From: an uncultured Methanomassiliicoccales archaeon
GTDB lineage: Archaea > Thermoplasmatota > Thermoplasmata > Methanomassiliicoccales > JAAEEP01
Reading direction: 5' to 3'
Assembly (NCBI GenBank): GCA_964594225.1
Contig: CAZQLP010000003.1
Coordinates: 1 to 44,013 of the forward strand
Length of the DNA stretch: 44,013 bases
In this document: piece after piece, positions 15,600 to 24,765 of the stretch
Numbering within the stretch: position 1 is the first letter of the stretch
Layout of the letters: each line of letters opens with the position of its first letter
Translations under genes and position numbers: made by a program
Notes under the pieces: generated by a model
What the model saw: the letters and a program-made list of their open reading frames with translations, nothing else
Told to the model about the DNA's origin: nothing
Databases searched by the model: none

Positions 15600-17117
15600 A
15601 TGAGGGCAAGGGCGATTCTTCTCGCAGTGCCGCTAGCGCTGGTCCTGTTCTCCTGCGTCGCCCCCGCGGCATGCGGGCAGAGCATAACGATTTTCGATGT
15701 GGACACTTACGAGAAGAGCATCGTCGCCGGGGAGAGTACCACCTTCGAATGGGCGGTGTTCAACAACGATTCCTCCGCGATCATTGTTCAACCCTCCATA
15801 TCACCTGAAAGCGTGAGATTCTTGGACATCTCCATCTCGCCCTCGTACTTCACCATCAATCCAAACAACAGCACCACCTTATTGGTCATGATCGAGGCTC
15901 AAAGGGGGATGCTCACCTCCAATATCGACTTCACGGTGTACTTCAACGCGACCGAGATGAACGCTCCCCAGGAGACCACCTCGCAGGTCAGACACTTCAA
16001 ACTCCAGGTGGAATCCCTATACGGCACCACCGCTGGCAACAACAAGATATTCGGGATTTGGGACAACCCCATGCCCCCTCCATTGGACACCACCTACGGC
16101 GCCTTCCTGATAACCCTCCTCGGGTGGATCGGGATCGCCCTGTTCATACTGTTCGTGGTCAACCCCATCGTCCACTACTTCACCCGGAAGACCGAGACCG
16201 ATCTCGATGATCGCATCCTGAAGATAGTCAGGGGTCCCGTGTTCTTAATAATCATCCTCTACGGAGCGGTCAGCTCCCTCAGAATACTCAACCTTCCGTC
16301 GGACATACTCCTAGCCCTCGAGGACATCTACGCCGTCGGCATCATCCTCCTGATAGTTTGGCTCTCGTACAAGATATTCGACAACGTGCTCATCTCATAC
16401 GCCCACGCCTACTCCAACAAGACCGAGATGGGCCTGGACGATGCCCTGGTTCCACTGTTCGAGAAGCTTGGGATGATCATCATACCGTTCATAGGTCTGA
16501 TGTTGCTGTTCAACCACTTCGGGTATGATGTCACGATGTTCCTTGCCGGCCTTGGGGTGCTTGGAATCGTGATCGGCTTTGCCGCCCAGGACTCCCTATC
16601 CAACTTCTTCAGCGGCATAGCCATACTACTGGACAGGCCGTTCAAGGTGGGAGACCTTATCTTGTACGAAGATGACGTTTGCGAGGTCACGCACATAGGG
16701 CTTAGGTCCACCACCCTGTACAACACATTCCTCTCCGAGAACTTCATCCTCCCCAACAACGACATGGCCAACAAGAAGGTCACCAACATCGTGAAGCCAG
16801 ACCTCCGCTACAAGGTCAAGGTCGATGTGGGCGTTGCGTACGGTTCGGACGTGGAACTGGTCAAGAGGCTGATGATGGAGGCCGCCATGGAGGAGCCGCA
16901 TGTGCTCAAGGACCAGGAACACTACCCGTGGGTCCGCTTCATCAATTTCGGTGATTCTGCCCTTGTGTTCAAGCTCTTCATGTGGGTCAACGACGTGAAC
17001 AACCAGTGGCTCGTCACCTCCAACGTCAGGGAGAGCATGAACCGCAAGTTCAAGGAGCACGGTATCACGATACCTTTCCCTCAGATGACCGTCTGGTTCA
17101 ACGAGGAGAAGAGCTAG
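15600..17117 (+). CDS. MscS-family mechanosensitive channel with signal peptide and an N-terminal extracellular beta-rich domain of about 150 aa
   Basis: FFSGIAILLDRPFKVGDLI followed by a beta-domain. The N-terminus MRARAILLAVPLALVLFSCVAPAACG is followed by several N-x-S/T sequons. Confidence 0.85.
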   Translation: MRARAILLAVPLALVLFSCVAPAACGQSITIFDVDTYEKSIVAGESTTFEWAVFNNDSSAIIVQPSISPESVRFLDISISPSYFTINPNNSTTLLVMIEAQRGMLTSNIDFTVYFNATEMNAPQETTSQVRHFKLQVESLYGTTAGNNKIFGIWDNPMPPPLDTTYGAFLITLLGWIGIALFILFVVNPIVHYFTRKTETDLDDRILKIVRGPVFLIIILYGAVSSLRILNLPSDILLALEDIYAVGIILLIVWLSYKIFDNVLISYAHAYSNKTEMGLDDALVPLFEKLGMIIIPFIGLMLLFNHFGYDVTMFLAGLGVLGIVIGFAAQDSLSNFFSGIAILLDRPFKVGDLILYEDDVCEVTHIGLRSTTLYNTFLSENFILPNNDMANKKVTNIVKPDLRYKVKVDVGVAYGSDVELVKRLMMEAAMEEPHVLKDQEHYPWVRFINFGDSALVFKLFMWVNDVNNQWLVTSNVRESMNRKFKEHGITIPFPQMTVWFNEEKS

Positions 17118-18163
17118 TCGATGAACCGGAGACCGATTTTCAACGCCCTTTCCCTCGCCCTGAGATAATCCTCCATTCTTAGGGGAACGGCGATGTCCTC
17201 ATGCTCCATGGCCCTGTGCATGGGCCGGTACTGGGCCATGACATTCACCACTGCCCCTCCAAGGTTCTCCGAGAGCCATTCCAGGATGGGGAAGGTACAG
17301 CACTCCAGGTGGTTGGGCATCACAAGATGACGGACGATCACCTCCCCCTGATTCCCCGCAAGGACATGGTTCCTGGTGATGACCTCCCAGTAACGGGGGG
17401 CATTCGATAGCCTGAGGGCGCAGTCGTCGTTGCCGTACTTGAAATCGGTCAGGTAGATGTCAATGACCCCATCCAGCAGATCCATCGACTCCCGGGAGAG
17501 GTACATGTTGGAATTCCAGATCTGCGGCAGGTTGCAGTTGCACAGCTCCAGTACCCTGAGGATGTAGGGGATGTTTGGGGTGGGCTCACCACCCACCCAG
17601 TTCACATTCCGAGCCCTTCCAGACAGGTGGACGTCCCCCTTGCCGGTAGGAAGGGCCCTGCGCTCGATCCGATCGGCCATCGCCTCCGGTTCAAGATGGA
17701 TGCCCGCCCTGGGGTTCGTGCTGATGTCGTAGTTCTGACAGAATACGCACTCGAAGGTGCAGCCCGCAAAGAAGACCGTATACGAGGGGACAAGCGGGGG
17801 CTCCTCCCCCATGTGAAGGAAGTCGCTCGAGATAAGCGGTTCCAGGACACCGCAGTGTCCCTCCTCACCCGAGGCCCTGTCGGCACCGCAACCCCTCTCG
17901 CAGAGGTGACAGTTCTCGAGGAGACGGTATGCCAGCTCTGCCTTGAGATGCAGGAGGTCCACCTCGCCCGATCCACTCTCCGAACCGCTGCGGAAGAGCT
18001 CCATCTCCATGGAGTGTATCCGCCACAGCTCCTCGGTCGAGAGACCGTCGGGCAGGGAGAGCCTGTGCTCCTTCAACCTGAGGAAGGATGGCCTCCTCCG
18101 ACCCGCTAGGATCTCGCGATATCCCTGGAGGGGATCGATCATCATCGAGTATTCGTCCTCCAC
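17114..18163 (-). CDS. Radical SAM protein, PflX-like (PFL-activase homolog)
   Basis: FFAGCTFECVFCQNYDIS (CxxxCxxC) and an N-terminal CHLCERGCGADR...GHCG cluster. Its stop overlaps the convergent MscS stop (CTAG). Confidence 0.75.
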   Translation of the reverse strand: MEDEYSMMIDPLQGYREILAGRRRPSFLRLKEHRLSLPDGLSTEELWRIHSMEMELFRSGSESGSGEVDLLHLKAELAYRLLENCHLCERGCGADRASGEEGHCGVLEPLISSDFLHMGEEPPLVPSYTVFFAGCTFECVFCQNYDISTNPRAGIHLEPEAMADRIERRALPTGKGDVHLSGRARNVNWVGGEPTPNIPYILRVLELCNCNLPQIWNSNMYLSRESMDLLDGVIDIYLTDFKYGNDDCALRLSNAPRYWEVITRNHVLAGNQGEVIVRHLVMPNHLECCTFPILEWLSENLGGAVVNVMAQYRPMHRAMEHEDIAVPLRMEDYLRARERALKIGLRFID

Positions 18164-18242
18164 CGGACTTAACCCTTTCCCAAAACGATTTCAATCCGGA
18201 ACTAGAATTATCTGATAGTCAACAAGAGGTGATCGAATAAAC

Positions 18243-18737
18243 GTGATCGACGCGATCGAGAAGAGGAGGAGTATCAGGAAGTACCGGAAGAGGCCCATTT
18301 CCCAGAGGGACCTCATGGAACTGCTGGATGCGGCCAGGATCGCACCATCGGCAGCCAACAGGCAGCCCTGGCAGATGATAGTGATCCAGGATGAGCTGAT
18401 CAAGAAGGAGCTGGTTCCCATGTGCAAGGATCAGGGGTTCATCGCAGACTGCTCCGCGTTTCTCGTGGGGATCGATGACCCGACCCAGAAATCGGCCAAG
18501 GTGGACCTGGCCATAGCATTTGACCACATAACCCTTGCCGCGGTGGAGAAGGGTCTTGGAACCTGTTGGATCGGTGCCTTCGACCGTGATGCCGTGGCCA
18601 AATACCTCATGGTGCCCGAGCCCCTGGTGGTCACGGTCTGCATGGCCGTGGGATATCCGGCGGAGGACCCGGGGCCGAGGCACAGGAAGGATATGGAATC
18701 CCTGTTCCACTGGGAGCGGTATGGGGGGAGGAGATGA
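18243..18737 (+). CDS. Nitroreductase family protein
   Basis: GTG start. IEKRRSIRKY, APSAANRQPW and GLGTCWIG. Confidence 0.8.
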   Translation: MIDAIEKRRSIRKYRKRPISQRDLMELLDAARIAPSAANRQPWQMIVIQDELIKKELVPMCKDQGFIADCSAFLVGIDDPTQKSAKVDLAIAFDHITLAAVEKGLGTCWIGAFDRDAVAKYLMVPEPLVVTVCMAVGYPAEDPGPRHRKDMESLFHWERYGGRR

Positions 18738-19084
18738 GGATCGCCAACTCCTCAGAGCTGGGCTCCATCGACGTCGAGGGGCAGAAGGGCAAGATCAAGA
18801 TCATCAATTTCATCAACGACGAGGAGCTGGTGTTTGGACTGAGGATAGCTGGACCGGCCACGCGCTCCCCCAAGAGGATCCATCGTCATCCCATGAGGCA
18901 GGTGATGTACGTGATCGCCGGTAAAGGGGAGGTGGACAACGGCAAGGAGGTAAGGGAGTTCGAAGAGGGGGACTTCATGTACTTCGACAGGAACGAGGAA
19001 CACTACTTCGACAGCTGCTCTTCGAACCTCGTGATGATCGAGGTCCAGTTTCCCCAATGCCCCGGTACCGGAACCGATGAATAG
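18734..19084 (+). CDS. Cupin domain protein
   Basis: RIHRHPMRQVMYVIAGKGEV...GDFMYFDRNEEHYF (cupin motifs 1 and 2). ATGA overlap with the nitroreductase stop. Confidence 0.7.
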   Translation: MRIANSSELGSIDVEGQKGKIKIINFINDEELVFGLRIAGPATRSPKRIHRHPMRQVMYVIAGKGEVDNGKEVREFEEGDFMYFDRNEEHYFDSCSSNLVMIEVQFPQCPGTGTDE

Positions 19085-19199
19085 TGCGTAGGGTCTCCGT
19101 CAGAGATATTGATTAATAGAATGGATAACATTTCTCCATGGGCATTGTTCGACCTATTCCAGCCCGCCAATCCAGGAAATGGTCATCGGGTGATCAAGA

Positions 19200-20654
19200 A
19201 TGGCGGGCGGCAAGTCTCCGGGTGGTGGCTGGAAACCATATCACACCGCATGGCTATGGCTTTTCCTGGCGTGGATGTTCTGCTACATAGACAGGACAGT
19301 CACGGGACCGATCGTCTCATGGATGATCGACAACCACGTGGCGTTCATGGTGGACGCCCCCATGCCCCATGCCCTGGGTGGGATAATAGGAAGCATGTTC
19401 TTTGCGGGCTACATGCTCACCCAGTTCCCCGCCGGGTACCTGGGGGACCGGCACGGGAGGAAGGCCATGGTGGTCATCAGCACCCTGTGGGCCGGGGTCG
19501 CCACCCTCGTCAGCGCCATCACCCGATCGCTCAACTCCTTCGTGGCCGCCAGGGTCCTGACCGGGCTTGGTGAGGGGGCCTACTACTCCAACGACAGGGC
19601 TCTTGTCAGCCAAGTGAGTCCCAAGGACAAGAAGGGATTGGGGATGGGTGTCGTGTTCGTGGGACTTTCCGCGGGTCTCACGATAGCCACGGTTACCACC
19701 CCCTACATCCTTGACGCTGCCGCCGCGGCCTGGGGGAATGAGAACGCCTGGTTCGTTCCCTTCCTCCTGTTTTCCCTGCCCACGATACTCGTGGGCCTCG
19801 GAGTATGGAGGTTCATCCGTCCTCTTGGTGAGAGGAAGCAGAATTACCTCAAGGCGGTTGGAAGGCTCATACTGTACTCCGTCATCTTCCTGATGATCAT
19901 CATGACCACCTTCGTCCTCACCCTGGACCAGGGATGGGGGCCGGTGGAGCAGGCGGTGGCCGTTGTGGCGGTCGCCCTGATGCTGGTCGCGGTGATCTAC
20001 CGTCTCCTGGGACAGAAATCCGCCGCGGTACTCAAGAACGGCAACCTCCTGCTGATGTACATTTCGGCCGTCCCCATCCTCTACACGCTGTGGTTCTTCG
20101 GATTCTGGAGCCTGCTGGTGGTGTCCGAGGCCTCGGATATCGGGCTCTCGGGTGCGGCGATCTACGCCGGATTGTTCGGGGTGGCAAATGCCATAGGTTA
20201 TCCCCTGGGGGGAAAGATCTGCGACATGACGGTTGCCAGGGGAAGGGGCAGGAAGTGGACCTATGTGGGCCTCTGCAGCATAGTGGCGGCGCTGGTCCTC
20301 TCCCTTGCGGTCTATCTATACCTGGGGGAGAACGACGTCCTGGTGCTCGGTATCATCATGTTCGGCATCGGTGTTCCCTTTGCGGCAATGCAGACCGTAC
20401 ACATGACCCTGACCTCCGACCTGGCCCCGCAGGAGATGATGGGGCAGGCATTCGGCATGTGGAACCTGGTGGCCGAGATAGGGGCCGTTCTCTCCCCTGT
20501 GATCGCCGGGACCCTCAGGGACCTGACTGGGAACTGGACACTCTCGGCGGTGGTCACCGGTCTCCTGCTGCTCGTGAGTATCATCCTTGTGATCATGGTC
20601 AGAGAGGGGGCGCCATCCGCCAGCGTCAGCCCCGAGGGTGACGGATCCGGCTAG
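19200..20654 (+). CDS. MFS transporter
   Basis: About 12 hydrophobic segments, with the GYLGDRHGRK loop motif between TM2 and TM3. Confidence 0.8.
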   Translation: MAGGKSPGGGWKPYHTAWLWLFLAWMFCYIDRTVTGPIVSWMIDNHVAFMVDAPMPHALGGIIGSMFFAGYMLTQFPAGYLGDRHGRKAMVVISTLWAGVATLVSAITRSLNSFVAARVLTGLGEGAYYSNDRALVSQVSPKDKKGLGMGVVFVGLSAGLTIATVTTPYILDAAAAAWGNENAWFVPFLLFSLPTILVGLGVWRFIRPLGERKQNYLKAVGRLILYSVIFLMIIMTTFVLTLDQGWGPVEQAVAVVAVALMLVAVIYRLLGQKSAAVLKNGNLLLMYISAVPILYTLWFFGFWSLLVVSEASDIGLSGAAIYAGLFGVANAIGYPLGGKICDMTVARGRGRKWTYVGLCSIVAALVLSLAVYLYLGENDVLVLGIIMFGIGVPFAAMQTVHMTLTSDLAPQEMMGQAFGMWNLVAEIGAVLSPVIAGTLRDLTGNWTLSAVVTGLLLLVSIILVIMVREGAPSASVSPEGDGSG

Positions 20655-20865
20655 CCCATTCCGCACGTGCCGGATTGCCGGGTGATGAGCGCTGCGATGT
20701 GGATATTCCACGTCAGTGCCCGGAGATATGCGATGGATTCCAGGACGCGATCTACCGCCTCTGACATGAGTTCTTGACCATCTTGACGAAAGCGTTCGCG
20801 ATCATCGACCGCGCAGCATCGATGGGACCAACATTCATATTAATGGGTGACACGGATTTGGAATC

Positions 20866-21612
20866 ATGCTCATCGGGGCCTTCGGGGACCTGCACGGCGA
20901 TAGGTTCGTGGAGTTTCTCATCCCATCGTTGAGGAGACTCGAGGAGGTCGACCTGCTTTTGCTGGCGGGAGACATCACCGCAAAGGACGACCTGGAATCC
21001 TTCAGGACAGCGACCGCCCTGCTGAAAGAGCACACCGACGCCCCGGTACTCGCAGTGTTCGGGAACGAGGAGTACCCCCAGAACCACGACCTCTACCGCG
21101 ATGCCATTCCCATTACCTTTCTGGATGACGAGATCCTCGACCTCGACCTGGAGGGACTGAAAGTGAGGGTGTTGGGGACCCAGGGCTCCCTTGACCGCCC
21201 CACCTGGTGGCAGAGGAACAACATCCCAGGGATATGGAGATCGTACGGGGAAAGGGTGGAGCTGGTCTCGAAACTGCTCCAGAGGGGGGAAGAGGACATG
21301 CTCATCATGCTGTCCCACTACCCCCCGTCCAGGCTCACACTCGGAGGGGAGACCCCCCGGAGTCACGAGGAGATGACGTCGAGGGCCATGGAAGGGGTGC
21401 TGGAGTTGAGGCGACCGGATCTTGTGGTGCACGGTCACGCCCACCGGGGCAGGAGGGAGGCCGTCATAGGGGGAGGACAGACAAGTCTGGATAACTTTGG
21501 CTCGAGAAGGAAGGAGGTGCCGGTGTTCAACGTGGCCCTCCCACTAGCGAGAGAGGTGACATTTCTGGAAGCCAGGAGGGATGTGGATGGAATTCATATC
21601 ACCAGGATCTGA
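20866..21612 (+). CDS. Calcineurin-like metallophosphoesterase
   Basis: GAFGDLHGD, LLLAGDI, FGNEEY and VVHGHAH. Confidence 0.75.
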   Translation: MLIGAFGDLHGDRFVEFLIPSLRRLEEVDLLLLAGDITAKDDLESFRTATALLKEHTDAPVLAVFGNEEYPQNHDLYRDAIPITFLDDEILDLDLEGLKVRVLGTQGSLDRPTWWQRNNIPGIWRSYGERVELVSKLLQRGEEDMLIMLSHYPPSRLTLGGETPRSHEEMTSRAMEGVLELRRPDLVVHGHAHRGRREAVIGGGQTSLDNFGSRRKEVPVFNVALPLAREVTFLEARRDVDGIHITRI

Positions 21613-22564
21613 CGGGATCGAGGTCCCTGATCTAGCGAATCTGGTCTTTGAGGCCACGGGACAGATACCAGAGGGCATGGTCTCCACCTACGGGGACATA
21701 GCGAGGGCTCTGGGGGACGTGCGCGCTTCAAGGGTGGTGGGAATGATCCTCTCGGCGAATCGGAGACCCGTAGTCATACCCTGCCACAGGGTGGTGTACT
21801 CCGATGGAGGGATCGGATGGTACGGGGGGAGGGGGCATGGTGCCCAGAGGAAGGAGGAACTGCTGACATTGGAGGGGGTGGAGATCCTCGATGGAGGGGT
21901 GCGCGACTTCGTAGGGGTGCGCTTCTCCGATTTCGAGATCGAGCCTGTGCTCAAGGAGATGATGGGTGAACAGCGGAGACTGAGGGAGAACGTGTTGGAA
22001 GTGGACCGCCTTGAGGGGGTCAGGACCGCGGTCGGTCTTGATGTCTCGTACCAGGGGGAGATGGGTTACGCGGCCGCTGTCGCGTACGACCTGGAAACGG
22101 GGGAACTGGTGGAGGAGAAGACCGCCACTTCCAAGATCAGGTTCCCCTACATCCCTGGATACCTCTCATACCGTGAGATCCCGGCCCTTGATGGGCTGTT
22201 CGGAAGGGAGGACGCGGTGTACATGATCGATGGACATGGGTCCCTGCATCCACGTCGGTTCGGCGTAGCCTGCCACGCGGGGGTCTACTTCGACCGACCC
22301 ACGATCGGAGTGGCCAAGAGCCTGCTCTGCGGCAGGGTGGAGGGGAATGGCGCCTCCTTGCCTGTGATCTTGGACGGGGAGATTGCAGGAACCATGCTCC
22401 GGAAGGACGGCAAGAAGGGAATATACGTATCGGTTGGACACATGGTATCGCTGCCCACCTGCGTGTCGATATGCAAGCGCATGATGAGATACCGGATACC
22501 GGAGCCGCTTCGGAGGGCTCACGCCCTGGCCAACCAGACGAGGCTGGAGGGTACTGAGGAATGA
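21587..22564 (+). CDS. Fusion protein: O6-alkylguanine-DNA alkyltransferase (catalytic/DNA-binding domain) plus endonuclease V
   Basis: The N-terminal roughly 95 aa read VSTYGDIARALG...VIPCHRVV (PCHR active-site Cys). The C-terminal roughly 220 aa read GLDVSY, FPYIPGYLSYREIP, IDGHGSLHPRRFGVACHAGV and TIGVAKS (EndoV). ATGs are at 21581 and 21587; AGGAGG at 21574-21579 favours 21587. Confidence 0.85.
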   Translation: MEFISPGSDGIEVPDLANLVFEATGQIPEGMVSTYGDIARALGDVRASRVVGMILSANRRPVVIPCHRVVYSDGGIGWYGGRGHGAQRKEELLTLEGVEILDGGVRDFVGVRFSDFEIEPVLKEMMGEQRRLRENVLEVDRLEGVRTAVGLDVSYQGEMGYAAAVAYDLETGELVEEKTATSKIRFPYIPGYLSYREIPALDGLFGREDAVYMIDGHGSLHPRRFGVACHAGVYFDRPTIGVAKSLLCGRVEGNGASLPVILDGEIAGTMLRKDGKKGIYVSVGHMVSLPTCVSICKRMMRYRIPEPLRRAHALANQTRLEGTEE

Positions 22565-23448
22565 GAATAGTTGTCCTAGGAGCAGGCGCCATGGGATCCG
22601 TTCTCGGAGGGCTGCTCTCCAGAGTCCACGATGTCACTCTTGTGGGCAGGAATGACCACATTCGAACAATCGACATGGAGGGCCTGAGGATTGAGGGCAA
22701 GGAGGAGATGACCTGTACACCCAAAGCGGTGACCGAGGTGGAAGAATCGGTCCACCCGGACATCATCCTTCTAACGGTGAAGGCGTATGACACTGGACCC
22801 TCGATTCCCCTGATCGAGCGGATCGGAGGTCGGGGATCCATGGTAGTATCCATGCAGAACGGTCTTGACAATCAGTTCCTGCTTGCCGAGAAAATCCCCA
22901 GGACGGTTACCGGCCTGACATCGTGGGGCGCCTCTATGATCGGCCCCGGCAGGGTTCGCCTGGCGGGAAAGGGGGACATGGTCCTCGGTTCCCTCACGGG
23001 AAGAGGGGAGGACCTGGATCTCGTGGCGGATGGATTCGCTTCCGCTGGCATCCGCACCAGGTTATCTGATGATATTACCAGGGAGGTGTGGATGAAGGCC
23101 ATCGTGAACGCGTGCATCAACCCGATAACGGCCCTTCTGAGGAGAGAGAACGGATGCCTACTGGCCCCCGAATTGACCAACCTGATCGAGGAGGTGTGCA
23201 GGGAGGCCGTGAACGTGGCCAGGGCGTGGGAGGTGGACATTGAGGAAGAAGAGGCCTTCGCTAAGGTGATGGGGGTGGTGCGGGAGACCTCCACCAACAG
23301 GTCCAGCATGCTCCAGGACCTGGAGCGGGGCAGGAGGACCGAGATCGATGACATAACGGGATCCATCACCCTGAGAGGAGAAGGGAGGAACGTGAACGTC
23401 CCCGTGAACCGGGCCCTCTGGTCCCTGGTGAGGTCCGCGGGACGCTGA
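22561..23448 (+). CDS. panE: 2-dehydropantoate 2-reductase (ketopantoate reductase)
   Basis: MRIVVLGAGAMGSVLGGLL, LTVKAYD, NACINPITAL and SSMLQDLERGRRTEID. ATGA overlap with the preceding gene. Confidence 0.8.
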   Translation: MRIVVLGAGAMGSVLGGLLSRVHDVTLVGRNDHIRTIDMEGLRIEGKEEMTCTPKAVTEVEESVHPDIILLTVKAYDTGPSIPLIERIGGRGSMVVSMQNGLDNQFLLAEKIPRTVTGLTSWGASMIGPGRVRLAGKGDMVLGSLTGRGEDLDLVADGFASAGIRTRLSDDITREVWMKAIVNACINPITALLRRENGCLLAPELTNLIEEVCREAVNVARAWEVDIEEEEAFAKVMGVVRETSTNRSSMLQDLERGRRTEIDDITGSITLRGEGRNVNVPVNRALWSLVRSAGR

Positions 23449-23540
23449 AAGACCCCAGCTCCCGGAAATCCACCTATTCAGACCATGGGAGTTCAGAAAG
23501 GTTAATATTGCCAGTACCTGTTCCTAGTATTTGGGATACC

Positions 23541-24182
23541 ATGGTCGATGTCAAGGAACTGGTCAAGAGGGCCATGGAGTACAAGGAAAAGGGTCTCAGC
23601 GACCGTGAGATCGCCGATGAACTCCATGTCAGTGTGGACACCGTCACATTCCTCGTAACGGAGGGGGCGGAGGGCGCCTACCCGCCCTCGGACGTCAAGA
23701 TCGGATGGCGGAGCCTGGGGGTGTACGGCAACAGGATAGGGCTCATGAGCGAGATCATGACCGATATCATCCTGGAGGAGGTGGAGAAGCGGGACCTGGA
23801 TGTGGATTCTGTTCTGGGAATAGCCATCAACGGCGTCTGCTATGCCACCGTCATTTCCGAGATGCTGGAGACGGAGCTGGTGGTATACCGGCCACCCGCG
23901 GAGAGGGGCAAGAAGGGTGGTGCCTTCAGCTCGAACTACGCCTCGGTCGATGGGAAGAAGGTGGTGGTGATCGACGACGTTCTGTCCACCGGGGGGACCG
24001 TCGAGGAGACCATCACGGACATCCGCAACGCCGGCGGGGACCCAGTACTGGTAGTGGTGATCGTCAACAAGAGCAACCGCAACGAGGTCAGCGGGGTGCC
24101 TCTCAGGGGCATAATCAGGGCCCGTTCCATGGGGGGTACCATTCTGGGAGGGGGACCGCTCCACTCGTTCCCGTACGGATGA
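23541..24182 (+). CDS. PyrE-like (orotate phosphoribosyltransferase-like) protein with an N-terminal HTH; GfcR-type regulator candidate
   Basis: The N-terminus reads GLSDREIADELHVSVDTVTFLV (HTH). The C-terminus reads KVVVIDDVLSTGGTV (PRPP-binding loop of type I PRTases). Confidence 0.7.
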   Translation: MVDVKELVKRAMEYKEKGLSDREIADELHVSVDTVTFLVTEGAEGAYPPSDVKIGWRSLGVYGNRIGLMSEIMTDIILEEVEKRDLDVDSVLGIAINGVCYATVISEMLETELVVYRPPAERGKKGGAFSSNYASVDGKKVVVIDDVLSTGGTVEETITDIRNAGGDPVLVVVIVNKSNRNEVSGVPLRGIIRARSMGGTILGGGPLHSFPYG

Positions 24183-24192
24183 GTTATTTCAG

Positions 24193-24627
24193 ATGTGCGA
24201 GGATTCCCGGAAGAGCATTTCGGAGGCGGACAGGGGGAAGCTCCTATCCAAGATCAGATCCTCCCTGTTCTGGGTGGGCAGGATGATACCCGAAACCGAG
24301 GTCATAGAGGGCGAGAAGGTGAACCTCAGGGACGCGGTATACAATTATATCGCCAGCGACTCCCCGACCGAGGAGGAGATACGGGGGGCGATGTCCTTGG
24401 CCATGCTCCTCCAGTGCAAGGTCGACGATATGGAAGACCGGATGAGGCACGATGATATCACCATGGAGGAGGCAGACGAACTCTTGGACCACATCCTGGG
24501 GCTTAAGAGGGCCATCGACGAACTGAAGAGGAGGAGCGGTCCAGCGTCCGAGGTGAGGCTACAGATGATGATGCACAAGGTGGACGATCAAAGGCGGTGG
24601 CTGGATTTCATCCGCTCCGTGAAGTAA
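24193..24627 (+). CDS. Hypothetical helical protein, probably co-transcribed with the PyrE-like regulator
   Basis: The ORF starts 10 nt after the upstream stop and its codon usage is coding-like. I cannot confidently name a family. Confidence 0.5.
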   Translation: MCEDSRKSISEADRGKLLSKIRSSLFWVGRMIPETEVIEGEKVNLRDAVYNYIASDSPTEEEIRGAMSLAMLLQCKVDDMEDRMRHDDITMEEADELLDHILGLKRAIDELKRRSGPASEVRLQMMMHKVDDQRRWLDFIRSVK

Positions 24628-24673
24628 TTATCGTCAATTGCCTATATTACCTGTATTCCTTTTAAACATCTCT

Positions 24674-24726
24674 ATTTTCGGAATTATTATATAGGAAATC
24701 TTCGCTATCTACGAAAATCGTACGAA
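24674..24726 (+). promoter_or_regulatory. Promoter/operator of the lrp-lysine operon: a TATA box flanked and overlapped by nested palindromes
   Basis: AATTATTATATA at 24682-24693. ATTTTCG (24674-24680) and CGAAAAT (24712-24718) form an inverted pair bracketing the TATA box. A perfect 13-bp palindrome TACGA-AAA-TCGTA sits at 24710-24722, about where transcription should start. It overlaps the 8-bp palindrome TCGTACGA (24718-25) and TTCG-n7-CGAA (24701-15). Confidence 0.4.
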
Positions 24727-24765
24727 TAGTGGGAACACAACCGTGTTAGCATACGAGGCGATTCC

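Noticed and set aside
20652-20865. Two short minus-strand ORFs between the MFS gene and the phosphoesterase gene: MNVGPIDAARSMIANAFVKMVKNSCQRR, and MSEAVDRVLESIAYLRALTWNIHIAALITRQSGTCGMG. They might be a frameshifted small helical protein.
   Set aside because: There are no recognisable motifs and no ribosome-binding site. The frames differ, and the second overlaps the MFS stop. The evidence is insufficient to call either a gene or a pseudogene.
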